Shown here: positions 9,977 through 18,129 of the stretch, piece after piece
Position numbering within the stretch: position 1 is the first letter of the stretch
Layout: every line of letters begins with the position of its first letter
Assembly: GCA_045605745.1 (NCBI GenBank)
Contig: JAZUQN010000158.1
Span: 1-47,361 of the forward strand
Source of the DNA: Eubacteriales bacterium
GTDB taxonomy: Bacteria > Bacillota > Clostridia > Oscillospirales > CAG-272
Direction of reading: 5' to 3'
DNA: 47,361 nt
Notes under the pieces: generated by a model
Database searches by the model: none
Seen by the model: the letters and a program-made list of their open reading frames with translations, nothing else
Told to the model about the DNA's origin: nothing
Translations under genes and position numbers: made by a program

Positions 9977-10846
9977 ATGCTTGCAATATTTAAAAGAGAG
10001 TTTAAATCCTTTTTCAACGGTATTATAGGGTGGATATTTATTGCCTTTGTTCTGCTGCTTATGGGCATATTTGTAACGGCTATCAATATCTATTCAGGCT
10101 ATGCATCCTTTGAAAACACGCTTTCAAACATATGGCTTCTCAATGCGTTTATTGTTGCAATCCCATTGCTAACAATGCGTAGCTTTGCCGAAGAAAAAAA
10201 CACAAAAACAGATCAGCTTCTATATTCTCTCCCCATCAGCGTAGGCCAAGTTGTGCTTGGAAAATATCTGGCAATGCTGGCTGTCTTTGCAATTCCGGTT
10301 ATTCTGGTTTCAGTCTATCCATTCATTCTGAGTGCTTTCGGCTATATGGCATATAAGAGTGCATATCTTGCCCTTTTCGGCTTTTTCCTTCTTGGTGCTT
10401 CCCTTATCGCACTTGGAATGTTTATGTCCTCGCTCACAGAAAGTCAGGTGATAGCTGCCATAATCGGATATGTTTCGCTTTTCCTTATGAGCATGATGTA
10501 TATCTTTGTCAGTCTTATACCGAAAAGTGCTGTTGCCTCTCTTGTTTGTCTTATTGCTGTGGCAGCCATCATAGGCATTATTACATATTTGATGACAAAG
10601 AATTACGGCGTGTCTATCGGAGTGTTCCTTGCACTTTCCCTTGCAGTGATACTTTTTTACGCTATAAAGCCCTCTGTATTCTCCGGACTTTTCGGCTCTA
10701 TCCTAACTCATCTTGCACTCTTTGACCGTTTCAACGATCTGTGTGGCGGAATTATCGACATCACAGCTATTGTTTACCTTATCTCATTTGCAGTGTTCTT
10801 TGTTTATCTAACCGTTCAATCGGTTGAAAAACGCCGCTGGAGCTAA
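9977..10846 (+). CDS. ABC-2 type transporter permease (GldF-like)
   Basis: 289 aa and six predicted TM helices, immediately downstream of the ATPase. Confidence 0.75.
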   Translation: MLAIFKREFKSFFNGIIGWIFIAFVLLLMGIFVTAINIYSGYASFENTLSNIWLLNAFIVAIPLLTMRSFAEEKNTKTDQLLYSLPISVGQVVLGKYLAMLAVFAIPVILVSVYPFILSAFGYMAYKSAYLALFGFFLLGASLIALGMFMSSLTESQVIAAIIGYVSLFLMSMMYIFVSLIPKSAVASLVCLIAVAAIIGIITYLMTKNYGVSIGVFLALSLAVILFYAIKPSVFSGLFGSILTHLALFDRFNDLCGGIIDITAIVYLISFAVFFVYLTVQSVEKRRWS

Positions 10847-10859
10847 ACAGAAAGGAGTT

Positions 10860-12344
10860 ATGACGATGTTAAACTTAAATAAAAGAACTAAGATCGGCGC
10901 ATACACTCTTGTTATGGTGACACTGGCTCTTGCAGTGATAGTTGTTATTAACCTTTTGGTTTTAAATGCGCCAACAAAATACACAAAGATAGATGCAACT
11001 CTCCATTCACTATATACTCTGTCCGAAACCACCAAAGAAGCGATACCAAAGATAAATGAGGATATAAACATTTATCTTATATGCTCCGGAGGCACCGACG
11101 AAAGCGGAAGTCCGGTCAATAATCTTCCAAGCCTTTCGATATTTCTCAAAAAGTATTCTGAACTCAATGATAAAATAAAGTTCAGCATTATAGACCCCGT
11201 TGTAAACCCCACCTTTACCGATGCTTATGACGAAAACGGACTTGAAAATTATACCATCGTCGTCGAAAGTGCAAAGAGATTCAAGATAGTTGACTTTTCA
11301 GAGCTTTATTACTATTATGAGCAAAGCGTTGGAAAGGTTGCAACAGAACAGTATCAGAATTTTATGTACTACTATTATTACAGCTATGGTACATATCCAT
11401 CTCTCACTCTTCATTTTGACGGCGAAAACAGAATCACCTCCGCCCTTGACTATGTAACAACAGATCGCATACCTGCCCTTTATGTACTTGAAGGTCATGG
11501 CGAATCTGCCCCTTCTGAAACGCTAAAAAAGAGCATAATCGAGGACAATATGACCCTTGCTTCTATCAATCTGCTTACAACTGCTGTTCCCGAGGATGCA
11601 AGCTGTATCATAATCAACACCCCAACCTCTGATATCAATCCTGATGAAGCAAAAATGCTCTCCGACTATTTGGCAAAGGGTGGAAAACTGTTTATAACAA
11701 CGGTATATAACAGCTTAGAGCTTCCAAACCTTATGGGAGTCCTTGAAGAATACGGACTTTCCGCCTCTCAGGGAATGATTGTTGAGGGCGATGGAAATAG
11801 ACATTATAATAATTTTCCATACGGACTTTTGCCTATAGTCAGCTCAAGCAGCACGCTCACCGCTTCCCTTGCTTCATCATCCTATATATTTATGCCGTTT
11901 GCCCACGGCATAACAAGCGATGACACAAAAGAAGGCATGACATTTGTTCCGCTGTTTTCAACCTCAGATTCCTCCTATACCTTTGATGAGGCAGCCGAAA
12001 CCCTTGAAAAAACCGAAAATTCTGTAGAAGGGCCCTTTGATATCGGAGTTTATGCATATGATGAAAATAGCGCTTCACAAATAATTTGGTGTGCTTCACC
12101 TGCCTTCAGCGATGAAATGAACAGATACACGGGCGGAAACTACCAATATTTCATTTCAATGCTTGGCGGAGTTGTTGAAAGAGACAGAATAGTTTATAAT
12201 ATCCCTGCAAATGATATCTCAACCTCACGACTTATCGTAAGCGAAACTGCTGCAAACCTCTGGAGTGCAATATTCATACTTGTTGTGCCGCTTTCATTTG
12301 CCGTCATCGGATTCTTCCGTTGGCAATCAAGGAGACGCAGATGA
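10860..12344 (+). CDS. GldG-like ABC transport auxiliary component
   Basis: N- and C-terminal TM anchors flank a large extracytoplasmic domain. The position after the GldA/GldF-like genes fits this family. AAAGGAG RBS precedes the ATG at 10860. Confidence 0.65.
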   Translation: MTMLNLNKRTKIGAYTLVMVTLALAVIVVINLLVLNAPTKYTKIDATLHSLYTLSETTKEAIPKINEDINIYLICSGGTDESGSPVNNLPSLSIFLKKYSELNDKIKFSIIDPVVNPTFTDAYDENGLENYTIVVESAKRFKIVDFSELYYYYEQSVGKVATEQYQNFMYYYYYSYGTYPSLTLHFDGENRITSALDYVTTDRIPALYVLEGHGESAPSETLKKSIIEDNMTLASINLLTTAVPEDASCIIINTPTSDINPDEAKMLSDYLAKGGKLFITTVYNSLELPNLMGVLEEYGLSASQGMIVEGDGNRHYNNFPYGLLPIVSSSSTLTASLASSSYIFMPFAHGITSDDTKEGMTFVPLFSTSDSSYTFDEAAETLEKTENSVEGPFDIGVYAYDENSASQIIWCASPAFSDEMNRYTGGNYQYFISMLGGVVERDRIVYNIPANDISTSRLIVSETAANLWSAIFILVVPLSFAVIGFFRWQSRRRR

Positions 12345-13357
12345 AAAGACATATCAAGCTATTTATAATGCTGGGCATTTTGGCTGTGCTTGTTGTGTCG
12401 GCCATTATACAAAAGCAGTTTTTCCCGGCAGAGGTTGAATATGATTATACCGATGACGGAGGCTCAACTCTTCGCTATGCTGCAAACGATGTGAAAGCGG
12501 ATGGTGTAACCGAGCTTTCATATGAAATAAAGGATGAGGTGATCTCCTTTGTTAAAACAGATAGCGGCTGGATGCTCAAGGGCCAAAACGCCCCACAAAT
12601 AAAAACCGACCTTGCCGATGCTATGGTAAAGGCAATTTCAGGGCTTTCAGCAACAAACAAAATCGAGAATGTTGCGAAAGAAAAGCTGGAGGATTACGGT
12701 CTTACTCAGCCTTCTGTCACAGTTAAGGTAAGCGAAGGAAACAAAATAAGCATCTTCCTTTTAGGTGGGTATAATAAGACCACAAAAGAATATTATTTTT
12801 GTGATAAGAATATTCCCGATGTTGTGTTCACGGTTGAAAGCTCGGTATACGATGCTTTCCAGCATAGTATCAGTGATCTGATCGTCCATGAAACACTCCC
12901 GAAAATTGAAGCTGATAGCATAAATAAAATTTCTATCACAGGCGAAAGCGGAGAGATGGTTATTGAAAGTATAAAGACTCCCAACGATGAAAATGAAGAG
13001 GGTTATACATATTCAGCCATTATAACTAAAAACGGCGAGAGTGAAAAATATTCCTATGCTGATTTTTATAAAATAGCTGAGGAAATTTCAAATTGTAATA
13101 TAAATGATTTCGTGGGGGCAGATGAATCGGTGGGGAATGAATATGGTTTTGATAATCCAAAGATCCTAAAAATCGATTATATCGAGCGTCAAAGCATTGA
13201 AGCCGAGGGGGCCGCCGGTGGCTATATTGATACACCCAAAAGCCTTGAGCTAATTCTCGGCAGCACTGCCGAGGATGGCAAAAGCTACTGCAAAACAAGC
13301 GAAAAATCCTGGCTTATCTATAAGCTTTCAACCAAGATTTTTTCTCAAATTGAATAA
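12341..13357 (+). CDS. DUF4340-like membrane-anchored protein
   Basis: ATGA start/stop overlap with the upstream gene. Single N-terminal TM helix plus a beta-rich ectodomain. The call rests mainly on the usual synteny after gldG-like genes. Confidence 0.5.
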   Translation: MKRHIKLFIMLGILAVLVVSAIIQKQFFPAEVEYDYTDDGGSTLRYAANDVKADGVTELSYEIKDEVISFVKTDSGWMLKGQNAPQIKTDLADAMVKAISGLSATNKIENVAKEKLEDYGLTQPSVTVKVSEGNKISIFLLGGYNKTTKEYYFCDKNIPDVVFTVESSVYDAFQHSISDLIVHETLPKIEADSINKISITGESGEMVIESIKTPNDENEEGYTYSAIITKNGESEKYSYADFYKIAEEISNCNINDFVGADESVGNEYGFDNPKILKIDYIERQSIEAEGAAGGYIDTPKSLELILGSTAEDGKSYCKTSEKSWLIYKLSTKIFSQIE

Positions 13358-13363
13358 TTCAAC

Positions 13364-13404
13364 AGCACAGGTAGAGCAAATCGCTCTGCCTGTGCTTATT
13401 ATTC
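13364..13404 (+). terminator. intrinsic terminator of ABC operon
   Basis: AGCACAGGTAGAGC-aaatc-GCTCTGCCTGTGCT followed by TATTATTCT. Confidence 0.7.
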
Positions 13405-13412
13405 TGCTTTCA

Positions 13413-13490
13413 AACAGAAGTTTATCGGGAAGTTGCAGTTTTACAAACAAGAGCACACTGCGAAATTTGTTGTGATACAATTGATAGGTG
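13413..13490 (+). repeat. intergenic repeat family, copy B (truncated, first arm only)
   Basis: AACAGAAGTTTATCGGGAAG...GCACACTGCGAAATTT (13453-13461). It aligns with copy D but lacks the GCAGTGTGC arm. Confidence 0.55.
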
Positions 13491-13531
13491 ACAATTCAAC
13501 ATTTTCCCAAAAAATATCCCTAACTTGTCTA

Positions 13532-13560
13532 TTGCAATATGCGACAATTTGTGATAAAAT
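13532..13560 (+). promoter_or_regulatory. SigA-type promoter of MBOAT operon
   Basis: TTGCAA (13532-13537), 17-nt spacer, TGaTAAAAT (13555-13560). Confidence 0.5.
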
Positions 13561-13594
13561 AAAATGAATAATTATTTCAAAGGAAGAAATTAGA

Positions 13595-15010
13595 ATGATT
13601 TTTTCATCATACCGCTTTATTTTTGGATTTTTTCCAATAGTTTTTGCGGTTTTCTGCTTTTTGAGAACAATTAAAAAACCTTTGCTTATGAAAATTTGGC
13701 TTGTGACAGCATCACTTGCCTTTTATGCCATAGGTCAGGTTGATTTTTTTGTTTTTTTTCTGTTTTCTGTTTTCTTTAATTATCTGCTGATACGCATAAT
13801 TACAGCTTCAAACCAGAAAAAAAGTATTAAGCTCATTTGTCTTTTGCTATCAATTGCAGAAAACTTGGGACTACTGATATATTTCAAATATACAAACTTC
13901 ATCATAGAAAATCTTAACCGTATCCTGGGCACAAGCATAGGTGCTCTCTCTCTTATACTTCCTATAGGCATATCATTTTTCACTTTTCAGATACTCGCCT
14001 CTGTTGTTGCAGCTTATAAAGGAGAGATTGAAAATAAATCACTTGTGGATTATATGCTGTTCATCACATTTTTTCCTCAGCTTATAGTTGGTCCAGTGGT
14101 TATGCACCACGAGCTTCTCCCACAGCTGGAGGATCAGAAGCTCCTTACATATGACAAAAATGACATAATGAAAGGAATTATGCTATTTTCTATCGGTGCA
14201 GCAAAAAAGGTTATCCTTGCCAACCCGATGATAAATTTTGCAACAGCCTTTTATAGCGGTGATATCATATCCTCCGGCAGTGTCTATGCTTGGCTTGGCG
14301 TTATCTCATTTACCTTCGCTTATTATTTTGACTTTTCCGGATATGTGGATATGGCAAGAGGTCTTGGCCAGCTTTTCGGTATAAGGCTCCCCATAAACTT
14401 TGATTCTCCCTATAAAGCCCGGGATTTTGCCGATTTCTGGAGACGCTGGAATATAACCATATCCCGTTTTTTCAACGATACTGTTTTCAGCAATCTATTT
14501 GGTTTTGGTGACAGAATACCAAAGCTTATCTTTGCAACTCTTGCAACCTTTCTCGTTTCGGGAATTTGGCACGGCGCAGCGTGGCATTACATAATCTGGG
14601 GGCTTGTCTGCGGCATACTCGTTGCCATTTCCAACATTATGACTCTATATCGAATTAAGCTGCCTACCTTTATTTCATGCAGCATCACTTTTATTGTTAT
14701 GATGCTTGTGCGAGTATTATTTGATGCAGAGTGCATGACAGACGCTCTTCTGGTATACGGCAAGCTGTTTTCCTTTGATGGCGGCATCGGTACCCTTGTC
14801 ACCACTGTCACAGAGAATGTTTCTCTTATCCTGACCATAATTGCTTCCGCAGTCATCTGCTTCTGCTTTGAAAACGCAAATTCGCTTTGTCCCGAACAAG
14901 GAGAAGGCAAAAAATTAGGGGCACTGCATATAGTCTTTGCCGCATTTCTACTGGTTCTCTCTCTTGTTAATATGTCAAGCGTTTCAACATTTCTTTATTT
15001 CAATTTTTAA
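13595..15010 (+). CDS. MBOAT family O-acyltransferase (DltB/AlgI-like)
   Basis: 471 aa polytopic protein with MBOAT-type motifs (FWRRWNITISRFF, SGIWHGAAWHY including the conserved His). Confidence 0.85.
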   Translation: MIFSSYRFIFGFFPIVFAVFCFLRTIKKPLLMKIWLVTASLAFYAIGQVDFFVFFLFSVFFNYLLIRIITASNQKKSIKLICLLLSIAENLGLLIYFKYTNFIIENLNRILGTSIGALSLILPIGISFFTFQILASVVAAYKGEIENKSLVDYMLFITFFPQLIVGPVVMHHELLPQLEDQKLLTYDKNDIMKGIMLFSIGAAKKVILANPMINFATAFYSGDIISSGSVYAWLGVISFTFAYYFDFSGYVDMARGLGQLFGIRLPINFDSPYKARDFADFWRRWNITISRFFNDTVFSNLFGFGDRIPKLIFATLATFLVSGIWHGAAWHYIIWGLVCGILVAISNIMTLYRIKLPTFISCSITFIVMMLVRVLFDAECMTDALLVYGKLFSFDGGIGTLVTTVTENVSLILTIIASAVICFCFENANSLCPEQGEGKKLGALHIVFAAFLLVLSLVNMSSVSTFLYFNF

Positions 15011-15019
15011 GGGGATAAA

Positions 15020-16852
15020 ATGTCACTTAAAAAACAATTATCAATTTTTGCGGCAGCGTGCCTTGTTTTTGCACTGCTCTATGCCGCATTCAACGCTCTG
15101 ATCGATCCTTTTGGGGTGTTTGGAGACATTATCTTTGATTATTATGAATACAATATGACCCAAAATCCGCGAGTTGCCAAGATCGCTTATATTGAAAAGA
15201 ACAGCGAAAAATATGATTCATATATCTTTGGCTGTTCAAAGTCCTCCTCATATTCTGTGGAGGAGCTTAACGAATATCTTGATGCAAGCTTTTTCAATAT
15301 GTTTGCCTATGGCGGTGACCTTGCAGATATTGAAAAAATGGCTGCATATGTTATCGGAAACAAAGAGGTAAAAAACCTTGTGCTCGCCATAGGGCCTGAG
15401 GCGGCATATCGCTATGACAGCGAAGAGGATTCCATTAAGGATAATTTGCACTGCAAAGTCGATAAAAATATAAATCCGCTTTTGTTCTATGGAAAGTATC
15501 TTTTTCTCAACCCAGCCTACGCCCTTGACAAGATAGATTCTTATTTTAAAAGATCCTACCTTCCCGATGCCTCAAATGTTTTTATCCCCGAAAGCGGTGC
15601 TTATAACAAGAGTCGCAGAGATGCAATGTCCATCTCTCATATTGATACCTATTATTCGGATATGGCAGGGGCAGAATTTAATATGACTCATCCTCGTCCG
15701 CTTGATTATATTGATGAGGCAATATCGTCGGTTGAAGCCATAAAAAATGCCTGCGACATGGCAGGTATAAATTTCATTCTCATCGGATCTCCCATGTATG
15801 ACGGCGAAATCGCCTGCTATGACCCATATGAAATTGCTGAGCTAACAACAAAGCTCGCCAATGTCACCGAATTTTATAATTTCTGGGGCTACAACGCTTT
15901 TTCTCATGACGCCCGCTATTTCTATGACGGATATCATTTCAGAAATGCTGTTGGCAGTGCGGCCCTCGGCTATATTTTCGGAAACGAAAATATTTATATC
16001 CCCAAAAGCTTTGGCAGAATAACAAGCTCTGAAAGTGTTGATTTTGACCTTGTCCAAATGAACAATGAGTCCTTTGGCAAAGACGAGTTACTTGAAACGC
16101 AAATTCCAATTCTTATGTATCATGCACTCACCGAAAAGGAGGAGGAAGCAAGCTCCACCATCATCACTGTTTCTGCATTTGAAGAACAGATCTCTGCCAT
16201 CAGTGAGGAAGGATATACTGCAGTTTTCCTTGGGAATCTTATCTCCTATGTGGAAAATGGTGAGCCACTTCCCGAAAAACCTATAGTAATCACCTTTGAT
16301 GACGGATATACATCAAATCTCAGCCTTGCATTGCCTATACTGCAAAAATACGGTCAGTGCGCAACTACAAATGTTATCGGTGTAAGTATAGGAAAGGACA
16401 CATACAAGGACACGGGCAAAGAAATGTTCTCCCATTTCAGCCTCAAGGAAGCTAAAAAAGCACATGAAATGGGCATTTTCGATTTCCAATCGCACACATA
16501 TGATATGCACCAAAATTCCTATGACAGCGACCCGAGAGACGGTGTATTGCCAAAGTCGGGGGAAAAGGAAAAGGATTATATAGAGGCTCTTAAAAATGAT
16601 TTTGAACACTCAAAATCACAGCTTGAAGACGGTATTGGCAATAAGGTTTTTGCCATAGCATATCCTCACGGAAAATATACCGAGCTTACCGATGTGGTTC
16701 TCATGCAAAGCGGTGCAAAGGTCAGCATTTCCGTGGAGCCCGGAGTAAATTATATACTGAAAGGCTTGCCTCAATCACTAAGAGGCCTTTGCCGATTTAA
16801 TATGACAAATGAAATAAGCGGAGAAGAGCTTATAAAAATGATAACCCAATAG
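15020..16852 (+). CDS. fusion protein: DltD/SGNH-like N-domain + NodB-type polysaccharide deacetylase C-domain
   Basis: N-terminal TM anchor. The C-terminal half has NodB motifs ITFDDGY and SHTYDMH. The N-terminal half has FGCSKSS and DGYHF, which resemble the DltD Ser and Asp..His motifs; that part of the call is tentative. Confidence 0.65.
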   Translation: MSLKKQLSIFAAACLVFALLYAAFNALIDPFGVFGDIIFDYYEYNMTQNPRVAKIAYIEKNSEKYDSYIFGCSKSSSYSVEELNEYLDASFFNMFAYGGDLADIEKMAAYVIGNKEVKNLVLAIGPEAAYRYDSEEDSIKDNLHCKVDKNINPLLFYGKYLFLNPAYALDKIDSYFKRSYLPDASNVFIPESGAYNKSRRDAMSISHIDTYYSDMAGAEFNMTHPRPLDYIDEAISSVEAIKNACDMAGINFILIGSPMYDGEIACYDPYEIAELTTKLANVTEFYNFWGYNAFSHDARYFYDGYHFRNAVGSAALGYIFGNENIYIPKSFGRITSSESVDFDLVQMNNESFGKDELLETQIPILMYHALTEKEEEASSTIITVSAFEEQISAISEEGYTAVFLGNLISYVENGEPLPEKPIVITFDDGYTSNLSLALPILQKYGQCATTNVIGVSIGKDTYKDTGKEMFSHFSLKEAKKAHEMGIFDFQSHTYDMHQNSYDSDPRDGVLPKSGEKEKDYIEALKNDFEHSKSQLEDGIGNKVFAIAYPHGKYTELTDVVLMQSGAKVSISVEPGVNYILKGLPQSLRGLCRFNMTNEISGEELIKMITQ

Positions 16853-16868
16853 TCGAGAGGAGAAAGAA

Positions 16869-17102
16869 ATGACAACAAAAGAAATATTGCTGAACTTTTT
16901 TGAAAAGGAAAAAAAGATAAACGGAATTGATGAAAACACAGACCTATTTAAAGAGGGCCATGTCAACTCCCTTTTCGCCCTTGAAATGGTGGTCTTTCTT
17001 GAAAAAACCTTTTCACTTAAAATCCCCAGAAAGGAAATGAATAAGGCAAATTTCACAAGCGTTGGCGCAATGGCGGCACTTGTTGAAAGGCTGAAAAAAT
17101 AA
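16869..17102 (+). CDS. acyl/peptidyl carrier protein (DltC-like)
   Basis: 77 aa with GHVNSLFALEMVVFLE, a candidate phosphopantetheine Ser at codon 34 (16968-16970). Confidence 0.7.
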   Translation: MTTKEILLNFFEKEKKINGIDENTDLFKEGHVNSLFALEMVVFLEKTFSLKIPRKEMNKANFTSVGAMAALVERLKK

Positions 17103-17103
17103 A

Positions 17104-18129
17104 ATGGCAAAAGAAGCAAAAATCAAATGTCTCGTTTTTGACCTGGACTGCACCATCTGGGATGGCGTGCTATCTGAAGGCGGTGGAAAGAGGCTGATAG
17201 AGGGTATGCGTGAATTTATCCTTGAGCTTGACAGGCGTGGGATAATTATGAGCATTGCATCAAAGAATGATTTTGATGCGGCAATGGCAAATCTTCGTAG
17301 GTTTGGGCTTGAGGAATATTTTCTTTGTCCCTCTATCGGATGGGGTGCAAAATCAGATTCGATAAAAAGCATCATATTAGATCTTGGCATAAAGCCGGGA
17401 GCTGTTGCCTTTATTGACGATAATCCCTTTGAGCGTGACGAGGTGGCATTTGCACTGCCCGATGTGAGAACATATGATGCGGCCTGCTTTAAAACACTGA
17501 CAGGGCTTGATGAATTTACCCCCGTGTTCATAACCGAAGATGCAAAAAACAGAAGAAATATGTATCGGGCAGACTATAGACGAAAGGCAGATGAAGCCTC
17601 CTTTGGCGGCTCTGCAGAGGAATTTCTCAAAACTCTCGGAATGAAGCTCCAAATTTTGCCCGTTTGCGAAGATGACCTACAAAGAGTTCATGAGCTGACA
17701 CTCCGCACACATCAGCTAAACTCAACCGGATACACATATGATTTTGAACAGCTCAAAGCCCTTATCGATTCTGACAGTCATATTTTCCTGATAGCTTCTT
17801 TAAAGGATAAATACGGTGACAGTGGCAAGGTTGGCATTATGCTTTTGGAAAAGCATCCGGAGCATTATGCTCTCAAGCTGCTCATTGTTTCATGCAGAGT
17901 TATGTCAAGGGGAATCGGAACTGCGCTTTTAACATATGCAGTTAGGCGGGCAAACCAAGATGGAAAAAAGCTGTTTGCTGAGTTTAAGGAAACCGAGCAC
18001 AACAGAATAATGTATATCACATATAAAATGATGGGATTTGATGAGGTAAGTGAAAAGGGCGATGACATACTTCTCAGGTACGCAGAGGATGAGATCCCCT
18101 CTTTTCCGCCCTATCTTGAAATAGAATAA
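17104..18129 (+). CDS. HAD-IIIC family / FkbH-like protein
   Basis: HAD motif I FDLDCTIWDG, motif II IASKN, motif IV FIDDNPFERDEV. The C-terminal domain has VSCRVMSRGIG, typical of FkbH-like loaders. Confidence 0.75.
   Translation: MAKEAKIKCLVFDLDCTIWDGVLSEGGGKRLIEGMREFILELDRRGIIMSIASKNDFDAAMANLRRFGLEEYFLCPSIGWGAKSDSIKSIILDLGIKPGAVAFIDDNPFERDEVAFALPDVRTYDAACFKTLTGLDEFTPVFITEDAKNRRNMYRADYRRKADEASFGGSAEEFLKTLGMKLQILPVCEDDLQRVHELTLRTHQLNSTGYTYDFEQLKALIDSDSHIFLIASLKDKYGDSGKVGIMLLEKHPEHYALKLLIVSCRVMSRGIGTALLTYAVRRANQDGKKLFAEFKETEHNRIMYITYKMMGFDEVSEKGDDILLRYAEDEIPSFPPYLEIE

Noticed and set aside
13595-18129. Annotating the MBOAT/carrier-protein operon as a canonical dltABCD D-alanylation operon.
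   Set aside because: No DltA-type adenylation enzyme is present. The loader is HAD-IIIC/FkbH-like, and the DltD-like protein is fused to a NodB domain. It is called Dlt-like only.
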